DNA of 25,848 nt, taken from contig JBECKX010000089.1 in assembly GCA_040235515.1 (NCBI GenBank), forward strand, positions 1 through 25,848. Reading direction: 5' to 3'. The DNA comes from Candidatus Zixiibacteriota bacterium (lineage in GTDB: Bacteria; Zixibacteria; MSB-5A5; CAIYYT01). Below, in pieces: positions 7,452-16,521 of the stretch (position 1 is the stretch's first letter; every line of letters starts with the position of its first letter). The notes beneath the pieces are model-generated. The model ran no database searches and was not told where the DNA came from. It worked only from the letters and a program-made list of their open reading frames with translations. Both the position numbers and the translations under genes were made by a program.

Positions 7452-10400
7452 ATGACAGATTCTGAAGTAACAGAAGCAACGCAGGGGACCAGGCGCGGTC
7501 GCTGGTGGAAGATTCCACTCGTGGTGTTGGCCTCGCTGGTCGTGTTGCTGTTACTCGCTGTAGCAGCCACTCAGACCGGCTGGTTTCGCAACTGGGTTAA
7601 GGGCTACGTGACCGGCGCAGCGAACGAGAGCCTGAATGGCCGCCTGAGCATAGAATCGCTCGACGGGAATCTCTACTCCTCGCTCACGCTGACCGGTGTG
7701 GCGCTGACGCAGGGGCAGGATACGCTTATCTACGTCCCTCGAATCGATGTTAACTACGATTTGTGGGAGGCGCTTCATCATCGTATCGCGATCGAGTCGG
7801 TCGTCGTCGATCGCCCTCTGGCCCGGTTGGTGCAGAATGACGACTCGACCTGGAACCTGATGCAGTTGGTGGTCGAGCCCGCCGAACAGGAAGCTGGGCC
7901 GTCAGAGTTTGAGTATACGATCGACATTGCCGTAGCCCGTGTGCAAGATGGTCGCATCGAAATTGCGGCAAAAGATACACTGATCCCATCTGTGATTGAC
8001 AGTCTGCAAATGGAGTTCGCCGGCGCATACTCATCGGAGGAGCAACAGCTTGACCTGAGAAAGCTGGTGTTAACCACCGATGCCCCCGGATTTTCGCTGA
8101 TCGATCTTGCGCTGAAGCTGACCAGTGACGGTGACACCATGCAGGTTACCGACCTCAAGATCAGGACCGGGCAGAATCGTTTCACGGGTAAGGCTGTGGT
8201 GCCACTCGACGATCCGGCAAAGGTTACGGCTGAGCTGGAGTGCGGTTCGTTCAATCTCGAAGAGTATGCGCACTTTCTTCCCGAGTACGAGTTGGTTGCC
8301 TACCCGTCGATCAGCTTTGTCGCACGACTCAGCGCCGACACTGTGACCGCAGATATCGTCGTCGCCCACGAGGATCAGCGCGTGAATGCGACAGTTCAAC
8401 TCGCTGACGTTCTTGCCCTGGCCGAGGACACCACCTGGAACCGTGTCAGCTACCAGTTAGCCGCTCAGTTTGACAAGGTTGTTCCGGGCTACTGGGTGGA
8501 GGATGAGTCACTGAACGACGCATTGAGTGGCGAGATTCGTCTTAAGGGGCGGGGCGTCGATCCGGAGGCGCTCGAGGTTGCCTGCGAACTGCAACTCAAG
8601 CCGGGGAGGATTTATGGCTACAACATGCAGGTGGTTACGCTAGCCGGTGAATATCAGGGTGGGGCCGCCAGCGCGACAGCAAAGCTACGGGGTGACTTCG
8701 GCAGCGGGTCGGTCAAGGCGAATCTGAGCAACCTGCTTGATACACCTTATTACTCGCTGAGAGCTGAGATGAGCAACTTCGACCTGGCAGCCATTACCGG
8801 GGATGACAGTCTGGCATCCGATCTGAATTTCACGACAGACTTATCGGGTTCCGGCGATGAGGTGGCAAACCTGAGGTTGAAGGGGAGTCTCTCGCTCAGA
8901 AGGTCGAGTCTTGTTGGTTTCGAGATCGATACCGCATTCGCACAACTGCAGTTCGCCGGTGAGTTTCTTACAATCGACACGGCTGTCGTATCGATGCCGA
9001 TCGCTGATTTCAACCTGGGTGGCGGGCTGGGGATGGACAAAGCCGGCAGTGTTCACTTCGAAGCGGACACCAGAGACTTGAGTGACCTGGCGACCTACCT
9101 GGAGCTTGATACTCTAGCGTTCGAGGGAAATATTCGTGGTGAAGTGCAGGGCTCCTTTACGGACTTTGCGGCCCGGCTCAACCTGCGAATGCGAGAGGTT
9201 GTCTACGATGCTATGCGGGCCGACTCAGTGTATGGCAACATCAGTCTCACAGTTGTCGACAGCAGCCTGGCAACACTCACAGGTGATCTGGCTGCCGCTG
9301 CGCCGTCATTTGAGGATTACAATGCGAAGTCACTGCAGGTCAGCGGAGAGCGTGTCGGCGAAATCATGCGCTTCAATGCGAGTCTGATCGCGACCGATCA
9401 ATCACGACTCGATGTCGTGAGTGAACTGGCTATCGATACGCTGCTACAGCTATCACCGGTTGAACTGACTGTTCATCTCCCCAATCAAACCTGGAGTGGG
9501 AATGCACGCGGATTGGTCGTCGATGCGGTAAATGAAAGCTATTCGATTGATAGTTTACGCCTGGGAACAACCGCGGAGAACGACACTGTGGAGCAGCAGA
9601 TGACTATTGACGGCACATTCTCACTGCTCGGCAATGAAGACTTACGGATAACGGCGAGGGAACTGTCACTGGCGGCCATCGCCGAGTTGATGCAATACTC
9701 GCAGCCGGCCACCGGCAGGCTGAATCTTGAAGCGAATCTGAAGGGCACCGCGGCGGAACCTGAGTTTACGGCGAATCTCGATGTTCGCGACGGGAGCGTG
9801 GGCGAGTACTCATTCAAGCATCTCTCTGGACTGGCCGACTACGCCGCCGATAGCCTGAACCTGTCACTCGACCTGATCGCAACCGAGACTGACACCTTTG
9901 CGATCGATGCTCACTTCCCGGTCAACCTCTCGCTGCTCGATTCGGGAGAAGTCTTCTCGTACGATCGTCCGTTCAACCTTACAGCCAGAGCGCGCCGGTT
10001 GCCGCTGGCATCATTCAAAGCATTCGTACCCAATATCGAGCGAGCCACCGGCTTTCTCTCGTTTGAGCTGTCCGCAAGCAATACACTGCGCGATCCGCGC
10101 GCGACGGGGAGTTTGACGGTGAGCAATGCCTCCCTGAAGATGCCCGAGTATGGGATTGACTACGACAAGATAGGGGTCGACATAAAGCTGGAATCAAACT
10201 TGATCAAGATCAAAGATATCTCAGCGCATCGCGGTTCGGGCAGAGTGCAGATTACGGGAGAGCTGCAATATGACTCGACCATAGTGGCCGGTGAGATTCG
10301 TTCGACCGACTTTGATCTGACGGCGCACGATTTCTACGTGACGCGGCACAAGAACTATGAGGTTCAAGTTAATGCCGGCACCGACCTGTCGGGTCCGCTC

Positions 10401-11399
10401 AACTCCGCCACCTTCGGCGGAAAGGTGACGGTGTTGCGCTCTCGCATTTATCTACCCGCATTCACTGACGAAGCAGATGCGGCGGAACTGGCAGGCGAGC
10501 CGCCGATGCTGGTTCTGGCTACTAGGCCGAATAGCGGTGACACGCCCGACACGATGAGAGCGTCGGTTGAGGCGCAGCCGGAGCTGGCCGAGGAGCGCTC
10601 GGAGTTTTACGACAACTTGCGCGGACGAATGGAAATCGACATCCCGCGCAACACCTGGCTTCGCAGCCCGGAACTGAAAATGGAGATATCCGGTAAGGTG
10701 GAGGTGGTCAAGGAGGGTCCCGAGCCGGAGTTGTTCGGCACGATTTCGGTCGTGCGCGGGCACTATGATGTTTATGGCAAGCGCTTCGTAGTGGATGAGG
10801 GCACTTTCAACTTCCAGGGTGGAGTTGAAATGAACCCTGTCATCAATATCAGGGCGCGCCATGAACTCAGGACCGCCGGCAGGGAGAAGAAGAAGCTCAC
10901 TATTGCTGCTACCGGAACTGCCGAAGAACCACAGTTGAAATTTGCGCTGGATGGAACGGAGATATCGGAAGGGGACGCAGCTTCCTACCTGGCATTCGGG
11001 CGGAGCCTGGATCAACTCACTTACGGTGAGCGCACCGAACTGTCGGGCGCCGGGAGTAGCGGAGGGGAGAGCAGCCTTGCCTCCGGTTTGCTGGCGAGCG
11101 TCGTCTCCTCTCAGATAACGAGGGCCCTCGGAAACAACCTGAGTGTGGATGTCTTCGATGTAAAGGCCCAGAGCGACTGGAAGGCAGCTACTTTCGTGGT
11201 TGGAAAGTACATCACCAATGATCTGTTCGTGAGCTATGAGCGCGCGATCGGTGACGTTGAGGATGATGACATCGCCCAGCAGGTCGTTACCCTCGAGTAC
11301 GAGTTGACCCGCATAATCTATCTACAGTTAATCGAGGGGGATGCCAAGGCCAGCGGGTTCGATATCATTTTCAAGTGGGACAACCAGAAGGCGTTTTGA
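7452..11399 (+). CDS. tamB: Translocation and assembly module TamB (AsmA-like, C-terminal DUF490)
   Basis: N-terminal signal anchor, long amphipathic beta repeats, DUF490-type C-terminus (YLAFGRS, VGKYITNDLFVSYE, LEYELTR). Confidence 0.9.
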   Translation: MTDSEVTEATQGTRRGRWWKIPLVVLASLVVLLLLAVAATQTGWFRNWVKGYVTGAANESLNGRLSIESLDGNLYSSLTLTGVALTQGQDTLIYVPRIDVNYDLWEALHHRIAIESVVVDRPLARLVQNDDSTWNLMQLVVEPAEQEAGPSEFEYTIDIAVARVQDGRIEIAAKDTLIPSVIDSLQMEFAGAYSSEEQQLDLRKLVLTTDAPGFSLIDLALKLTSDGDTMQVTDLKIRTGQNRFTGKAVVPLDDPAKVTAELECGSFNLEEYAHFLPEYELVAYPSISFVARLSADTVTADIVVAHEDQRVNATVQLADVLALAEDTTWNRVSYQLAAQFDKVVPGYWVEDESLNDALSGEIRLKGRGVDPEALEVACELQLKPGRIYGYNMQVVTLAGEYQGGAASATAKLRGDFGSGSVKANLSNLLDTPYYSLRAEMSNFDLAAITGDDSLASDLNFTTDLSGSGDEVANLRLKGSLSLRRSSLVGFEIDTAFAQLQFAGEFLTIDTAVVSMPIADFNLGGGLGMDKAGSVHFEADTRDLSDLATYLELDTLAFEGNIRGEVQGSFTDFAARLNLRMREVVYDAMRADSVYGNISLTVVDSSLATLTGDLAAAAPSFEDYNAKSLQVSGERVGEIMRFNASLIATDQSRLDVVSELAIDTLLQLSPVELTVHLPNQTWSGNARGLVVDAVNESYSIDSLRLGTTAENDTVEQQMTIDGTFSLLGNEDLRITARELSLAAIAELMQYSQPATGRLNLEANLKGTAAEPEFTANLDVRDGSVGEYSFKHLSGLADYAADSLNLSLDLIATETDTFAIDAHFPVNLSLLDSGEVFSYDRPFNLTARARRLPLASFKAFVPNIERATGFLSFELSASNTLRDPRATGSLTVSNASLKMPEYGIDYDKIGVDIKLESNLIKIKDISAHRGSGRVQITGELQYDSTIVAGEIRSTDFDLTAHDFYVTRHKNYEVQVNAGTDLSGPLNSATFGGKVTVLRSRIYLPAFTDEADAAELAGEPPMLVLATRPNSGDTPDTMRASVEAQPELAEERSEFYDNLRGRMEIDIPRNTWLRSPELKMEISGKVEVVKEGPEPELFGTISVVRGHYDVYGKRFVVDEGTFNFQGGVEMNPVINIRARHELRTAGREKKKLTIAATGTAEEPQLKFALDGTEISEGDAASYLAFGRSLDQLTYGERTELSGAGSSGGESSLASGLLASVVSSQITRALGNNLSVDVFDVKAQSDWKAATFVVGKYITNDLFVSYERAIGDVEDDDIAQQVVTLEYELTRIIYLQLIEGDAKASGFDIIFKWDNQKAF

Positions 11400-11405
11400 G
11401 TCCGG

Positions 11406-12800
11406 CTACTGCAGGGTAAAGGCCTCGGCCAGATTGAAGTTGCCCCCGGTCACCTCAAAACCGGTAACGTTGGTGGAGGAGACCAGTTTGTTGTTCTCGT
11501 CGAAGAAGAGTATCTCCAGATCGTAAGTACCCGGCTCCACCTCGAAGTCCCCCACGTAAATCTTTCCGGGCAGAAGGTAGCTGCAGCGCAGGTCGGCGTT
11601 CTCAGTGATATCCGAGGTCACATCAACGGCCGCCTTGAGCAGCCAGCCGCCGATGCCGTCATCCTTGACTTCCTCTTTCAGCTCATGCGTGGCCAGACCT
11701 TTGGCGAGCGCACGCGCCAGGGTCTTGACAAAGATCAACGTCTTGCGTGCCTCGAACACATCGCGCGAGACCGCGCCAATATCCTCGATCAGTTGCAGGT
11801 GCCCGAGTCGCCGACCATTACTCCACACGCCGATGCTGGCGACTTCGCTTGGAGTCTCCTTGAGCTCCGGGATGGCGAATTTGAAGTAGTAGTCGGCATT
11901 CACATCGGCCGGGAACTGCCAGTAGACCTGGTCATCCTCACCGGTGCCGTCGATGAGAATCTGCACGATGTCGAGTTGCTTGTCGGTGCGCAGCCGCAGC
12001 TTGAAGTCACGTTTGACCGGAGCACTCCCCGCCAGAGCCACCACGCTGATGATCGCTTTGTCGGATTGGTATTGTACCTCAGGTGGTTCGAAACCGTAGA
12101 TCTGAGGTTGGGTGAGGAACGCTTCCCGGAGTAGCCGTTCATCGATTGCAGCGTCGTCGTAGTTGCCGGTCGCCGCGTACATGTGCATGCTGAGGTAGCG
12201 GGCGAAGGCGGAGTTGCTGAAGCGAATCTGTTTATCCTCCAGCGGGATTTTCACTTTTGCGGAGTCGGTATTGAGCTGGTTGCGGAGGAAGCGAGCCTCT
12301 TCGAAATGCTTCTGCTCGAGCTGCTGGAGCTTGAGGTTCGCGCGCCTGATCTCCACGAACGCGGCCTCGAAGTCGTCCAGTTCGAGGTAGTTGAGTGCCT
12401 TGAAGAGATTCGTGTAGAGGACTTCGTAATCCTCCCCGCGATACTCGATAGCGTTGTCGTTGAGCAGGAGGGAGAGGGCGCCCTGGGAGATGCTCTTAGC
12501 GTAGAGGTCATCGTTGGTCTGTTCCGCCGAGCTGAGGCGGACAATGCTGCTGTCGTACTCGCGCGCGTAGTGGTATGCCAGTCCGGCGTCGAGGTAGTAG
12601 AGAAAGCGGTCTTTGCCCGCGTACTTGTTCTCAGTGCGTGCCTTTTCGATCGCGGCAACTGCAGCGGCGTAGTTGCCTTCATAGAGATCTGCGCGGATCG
12701 GCTCGTAGAACTGGGTGCGAGTCATGACCGACGCGCACCCAACGAGCAGGCATAGTGCGGCGATGACCGCCGCGGAACTCTTGAGTCTGAACAGATTCAC
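11406..12800 (-). CDS. COG3014-like TPR lipoprotein
   Basis: GTG start, lipobox LLVGC, TPR-like N-terminus, LLNDNAIEYRGEDYE and ADLRC..LP motifs. Adjacent to an LpoB-like gene, a known pairing. Confidence 0.8.
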   Translation of the reverse strand: MNLFRLKSSAAVIAALCLLVGCASVMTRTQFYEPIRADLYEGNYAAAVAAIEKARTENKYAGKDRFLYYLDAGLAYHYAREYDSSIVRLSSAEQTNDDLYAKSISQGALSLLLNDNAIEYRGEDYEVLYTNLFKALNYLELDDFEAAFVEIRRANLKLQQLEQKHFEEARFLRNQLNTDSAKVKIPLEDKQIRFSNSAFARYLSMHMYAATGNYDDAAIDERLLREAFLTQPQIYGFEPPEVQYQSDKAIISVVALAGSAPVKRDFKLRLRTDKQLDIVQILIDGTGEDDQVYWQFPADVNADYYFKFAIPELKETPSEVASIGVWSNGRRLGHLQLIEDIGAVSRDVFEARKTLIFVKTLARALAKGLATHELKEEVKDDGIGGWLLKAAVDVTSDITENADLRCSYLLPGKIYVGDFEVEPGTYDLEILFFDENNKLVSSTNVTGFEVTGGNFNLAEAFTLQ

Positions 12801-12863
12801 CGTGGTTACCGGAGGCTGTGTGGCATCGACTGACTCGACACGACAGAGCCAGCAGCTACTAAT

Positions 12864-13472
12864 CTACCACTTCGTGCTGCCGCGAGAGATACCCTTCTTG
12901 ATCTTCTTGTTGCCGATCCAGACCTTCTCGTTGCTTTCGATATTGATCAACTCGAGATCGGTGGTGTAGAAGATGACCTGCTTGTCACCCTCCTGATCGA
13001 CGATCGAAGAGATCGAGCCGAGCAGGATGAAATCCGCGCCCAGTTCCTCGCGCAGCATCTTCTTGGTCTCTTCGGAGGCCCAGTCCGCCTGGTCCTGGCG
13101 TTCGGAACGAACATCCATTCTTTGTTCCGGGGCGGCGACAAAGCGAATCTGACCCGAGTTAAGCAATTCGCGCTCGAAGTCTTTGGTGAAGGTCTCGGTG
13201 TCGATATGCTCAGAGCTGTTGTTGCGGATACGACCAACGGTCACGACCGGCCGGCGACCCTGTTCCTCGCGGAAAATCCCGAGCCAGGGGCGCGACATTG
13301 CATCATCGATCATCTCCTCGGCGACCAGCCGCGAATCAGTATCGTTCCAATTTCCACTCAGATCGGTCTGAGTTCCGGGTTCAAGCCGGGTAACTTCCTT
13401 GCTCGCGCTGCAGCCAACGACAAAGGCTGCGATCAACAACAGTGCTGCTATCTGCTTCATTTTTCGTTTCAT
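12864..13472 (-). CDS. lpoB: LpoB-like (penicillin-binding protein activator family) lipoprotein
   Basis: Lipobox VVGC; motifs DLSGNWNDTD, IRNNSSEHIDT, GADFILLGSI, KVWIGNKKIKK. Confidence 0.82.
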   Translation of the reverse strand: MKRKMKQIAALLLIAAFVVGCSASKEVTRLEPGTQTDLSGNWNDTDSRLVAEEMIDDAMSRPWLGIFREEQGRRPVVTVGRIRNNSSEHIDTETFTKDFERELLNSGQIRFVAAPEQRMDVRSERQDQADWASEETKKMLREELGADFILLGSISSIVDQEGDKQVIFYTTDLELINIESNEKVWIGNKKIKKGISRGSTKW

Positions 13473-13837
13473 TATTCATGATCTCCTTATTCTGGTCCGT
13501 TTGTTTTCACGTCCGCTCACGCGATTTGTGCGCCTGTGTGCAACGATGCACTACGTTCGCTACTTCCGCTACGTTCGCCAATTCTACACTCTTGAACAGA
13601 GGTAGGACAATTGAATTTTTACGGAGCGAGTGAAGAGTTGTTGCGACCGACAGTTAACTGCTTGTACGACAGCGGCAGTTTCCTCAGATAACTGCGCAAG
13701 GATTTAACCTGTTGATTAACAGTGAGATATGGCCGCTGCCGGCGCGACTGATTTGCAGTTTGCGGGACGGCCGGCAACGGGCACAAATGCTGTTGGGCCG
13801 GAAGGGATTAGCGTGGCATCGCCTTACAGGTTCAAGA

Positions 13838-13865
13838 TTGACAATTCCGACGATTGTGGTAACTT
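13838..13865 (+). promoter_or_regulatory. Candidate sigma70 promoter for the deiminase gene
   Basis: TTGACA (13838-43), 16-nt spacer ending in TGn, TAACTT (13860-65). Confidence 0.5.
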
Positions 13866-13928
13866 GATTATACAATATTGTACAATCCGATTCCAAGACC
13901 TACACAACCCATGATTCTGAGGCCGTCC

Positions 13929-15782
13929 ATGAAGCTCTTGATATCGCTGTTGATCCTCGTAACCCTGACATTATCCATCTTTGCTCCAGCCATCGCAATG
14001 GCTGAAGAGGAAGAGGAGTTCCTCCCGATCGGTTTGACGGAGGAAGAAAAGACACGACTTGATGAAATCGGTATCGCGTTCCAGCGCAGTGCACCGCCCA
14101 GCGGGGTGATGCGGACCTGCGCGGAGTGGGAGCATTGCGAGCGGGTGTTGATCCGTTGGCCTCTCGGGATTCCGGTCAGCCTGATTGCGGAAATGTCAGA
14201 GGATGTTCTGGTGACGACGCTGGTCGGCAGCGCTTCGCAACAAACTTCGGCCACCAATACCTACATCGCCGGCGGTGTGAATATGGCGAACACCGAGTTT
14301 ATCATCGCTGCGACCAATTCGATCTGGACGCGCGACTACGGTCCCTGGACGATGTTTGATGACAACGGAAATGTTGGCTTCATCGACCACATCTATAATC
14401 GTCCGCGACCGCTCGACGATGTTATCCCGCAAACTCTCGGGTCGATCTGGGGAATACCGGTGTATGGGTTGCCGGTGATTCACACGGGTGGCAACCACAT
14501 GGCGGATGGTGAAGCGATGTCGATGTCGACCCGGCTGGTTTATGACGAGAACCCGTCGCTCACGCCTGCTCAGGTTGACTCCTACATGCAGCAGTATCTC
14601 GGGAATCAGTACACCGTACTTGAGTATATCGAGACGGGCGGCATTCACCACATCGACTGCTGGGCCAAGCTCCTCAACCCGACCACGGTTCTGGTGAAGC
14701 AGGTTTCCACCGGCGCCTACAATTACCAGTGGCTGGAGGATCGTGCCGAACTGTTGTCGCAGACGATGTCACCGTGGGGTAAGCCATACACGGTAGTGCG
14801 GGTCTATTGCCCTAGCGGTGAGGCCTACACGAACTCACTTATTCTGAACAAGAAGGTGTTTGTCCCGACGTTTAATTCCGTCTGGGACGGTGATGCGATC
14901 CATGTTTATCAGGCAGCGATGCCGGGCTATGAAGTGATCGGCTTCAACGGTTCGTGGCTTTCCGACGATGCAATCCATTGTCGCGCGATGGGAATTATGG
15001 ATCGCGATATGCTCTATGTCGATCATATCCCGCTGCAGACGACGGCGGACACGCTGAACGACTACGAGGTGAAGGCATTCATTTATTCGCACGCGCATGC
15101 CACGCTGTTGATGGATTCATTGCGGGTATACTATAGTGTTGATGGCGGACCTTTCTCACATGTTCAGATGGCAGCCACCGCACACCCGGACTCTTTTGTG
15201 GGTTACATTCCGGCCCAGCCGGGGGGAAGTGATATCCGGTACTTCGTCAAAGGTATGGACCTGGCGCTGCATTCCGCGACGCATCCATACATCGGCGAGC
15301 CGTGGGCGCATGAATTTAACGTCAATATGGCGCCGCAGATCACATCCCAGTCAAGCTACCTCGTGCAGACAGGTTCACTCTTCGAGTTCGCGCCAGAGTT
15401 TACGGACAACGATGATACCGAGCACACTATCGGCTACTTAGACCTTCCGGGCTGGTTGTCCGCTGCGGGGGATTCGGTCAGCGGTACTCTCCCGGCAAGT
15501 CCCGTCGATGACAGCTTCACTGTTACGGTTGCTGATCAGTTCAGCACCGATTCGCTGCTTGTGGAAGTTCGCAGTTACCTTTGTGGTGACGCTGACGGCG
15601 GCGGCGCAATATCGATCGGTGACGCGGTGTACGTTATCAACTTCATTTTCGGAGGTGGTCCGGCGCCTGATCCGCTGGTCGCCGCTGATGCCGACTGCAG
15701 TGGCGCGGTTTCGATCGGCGATGCCGTCTACATCATCAACTTCATCTTTGGTGGTGGCCCGGCGCCGTGTGATTGCGAATAG
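13929..15782 (+). CDS. Secreted agmatine/peptidyl-arginine deiminase family protein with Ig-like domains and C-terminal dockerin-like domain
   Basis: Signal peptide MKLLISLLILV...AIAMA; motifs WTRDYGP, GGN, HHIDCW, DAIHCR (catalytic Cys). Start 13929 chosen for the GAGG upstream; the ORF track starts at TTG 13878. Confidence 0.9.
   Translation: MKLLISLLILVTLTLSIFAPAIAMAEEEEEFLPIGLTEEEKTRLDEIGIAFQRSAPPSGVMRTCAEWEHCERVLIRWPLGIPVSLIAEMSEDVLVTTLVGSASQQTSATNTYIAGGVNMANTEFIIAATNSIWTRDYGPWTMFDDNGNVGFIDHIYNRPRPLDDVIPQTLGSIWGIPVYGLPVIHTGGNHMADGEAMSMSTRLVYDENPSLTPAQVDSYMQQYLGNQYTVLEYIETGGIHHIDCWAKLLNPTTVLVKQVSTGAYNYQWLEDRAELLSQTMSPWGKPYTVVRVYCPSGEAYTNSLILNKKVFVPTFNSVWDGDAIHVYQAAMPGYEVIGFNGSWLSDDAIHCRAMGIMDRDMLYVDHIPLQTTADTLNDYEVKAFIYSHAHATLLMDSLRVYYSVDGGPFSHVQMAATAHPDSFVGYIPAQPGGSDIRYFVKGMDLALHSATHPYIGEPWAHEFNVNMAPQITSQSSYLVQTGSLFEFAPEFTDNDDTEHTIGYLDLPGWLSAAGDSVSGTLPASPVDDSFTVTVADQFSTDSLLVEVRSYLCGDADGGGAISIGDAVYVINFIFGGGPAPDPLVAADADCSGAVSIGDAVYIINFIFGGGPAPCDCE
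15582..15779 (+). repeat. Duplicated dockerin-type Ca-binding repeat within the deiminase C-terminus
   Basis: CGDADGGGAISIGDAVYVINFIFGGGPAP and AADADCSGAVSIGDAVYIINFIFGGGPAPC. Confidence 0.88.
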
Positions 15783-15822
15783 CGCGCCTCGGGATTGGTC
15801 GCTGCAATATGTTGTCAGGCGG

Positions 15823-16521
15823 TTATTCGTTCGTGACGAGCCGCAGACCCTTGCCGTGGATACTCATGATTTCCACGCTCTGGTCAGCTTTCAGATACTT
15901 GCGCAGCTTGGAGACGAAAACATCCATGCTGCGCCCACTGAAATAGCTGTCCTCCCCCCAGATCTGTTCGAGCGCGTGCCCTCGTTCCAGAGTTTGGTTC
16001 TTGTGAAGGCAGAGGAGCCGCAACAGATCAGCCTCTTTGGGTGTGAGTCGTTGTTCCTCTTTGCCGAGAGTCAGTAACTGGCGGGTGTAGTCGAAGTGGA
16101 AGTTACCCACGGTGAATTCCGTCGGTGGTTCTTCCCTGGCCTGCTGCCGGCTTCTGCGCAGAACGGCGTTGATGCGAAGCAGCAGCTCTTCCATGCTGAA
16201 CGGCTTGGTGAGGTAGTCGTCACAACCAAGCTTGAATCCTTCAATCTTGTCTTCCTTCAATGACTTTGCCGTAAGAAAGATCAGTGGGGTTTCCTGATCG
16301 GCCTGACGCACTTCCCTGGCGAAGGTGAAGCCATCTTTACGCGGCATCATAACGTCAACGAGACAGAGTGTGAACTGCTCCCGCTTGAAGGCATCGAGTC
16401 CCTCGACTCCGTTGCGGCAGCGAAGGACATCGAATCCCTGCATCTGCAGGTGTTCCTCCAGGATCGAGCCGAGGTTTTCGTCATCTTCAAGCAGTAATAC
16501 GCGCTGCGATTTCATCATCAT
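15823..16521 (-). CDS. OmpR/PhoB-family response regulator
   Basis: LLLEDD, phospho-acceptor LVDVMMP, FLTAK, DDYLTKPF, winged helix MDVFVSKLRKYL...HGKG. Start overlaps the kinase stop (ATGA). Confidence 0.95.
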   Translation of the reverse strand: MMMKSQRVLLLEDDENLGSILEEHLQMQGFDVLRCRNGVEGLDAFKREQFTLCLVDVMMPRKDGFTFAREVRQADQETPLIFLTAKSLKEDKIEGFKLGCDDYLTKPFSMEELLLRINAVLRRSRQQAREEPPTEFTVGNFHFDYTRQLLTLGKEEQRLTPKEADLLRLLCLHKNQTLERGHALEQIWGEDSYFSGRSMDVFVSKLRKYLKADQSVEIMSIHGKGLRLVTNE

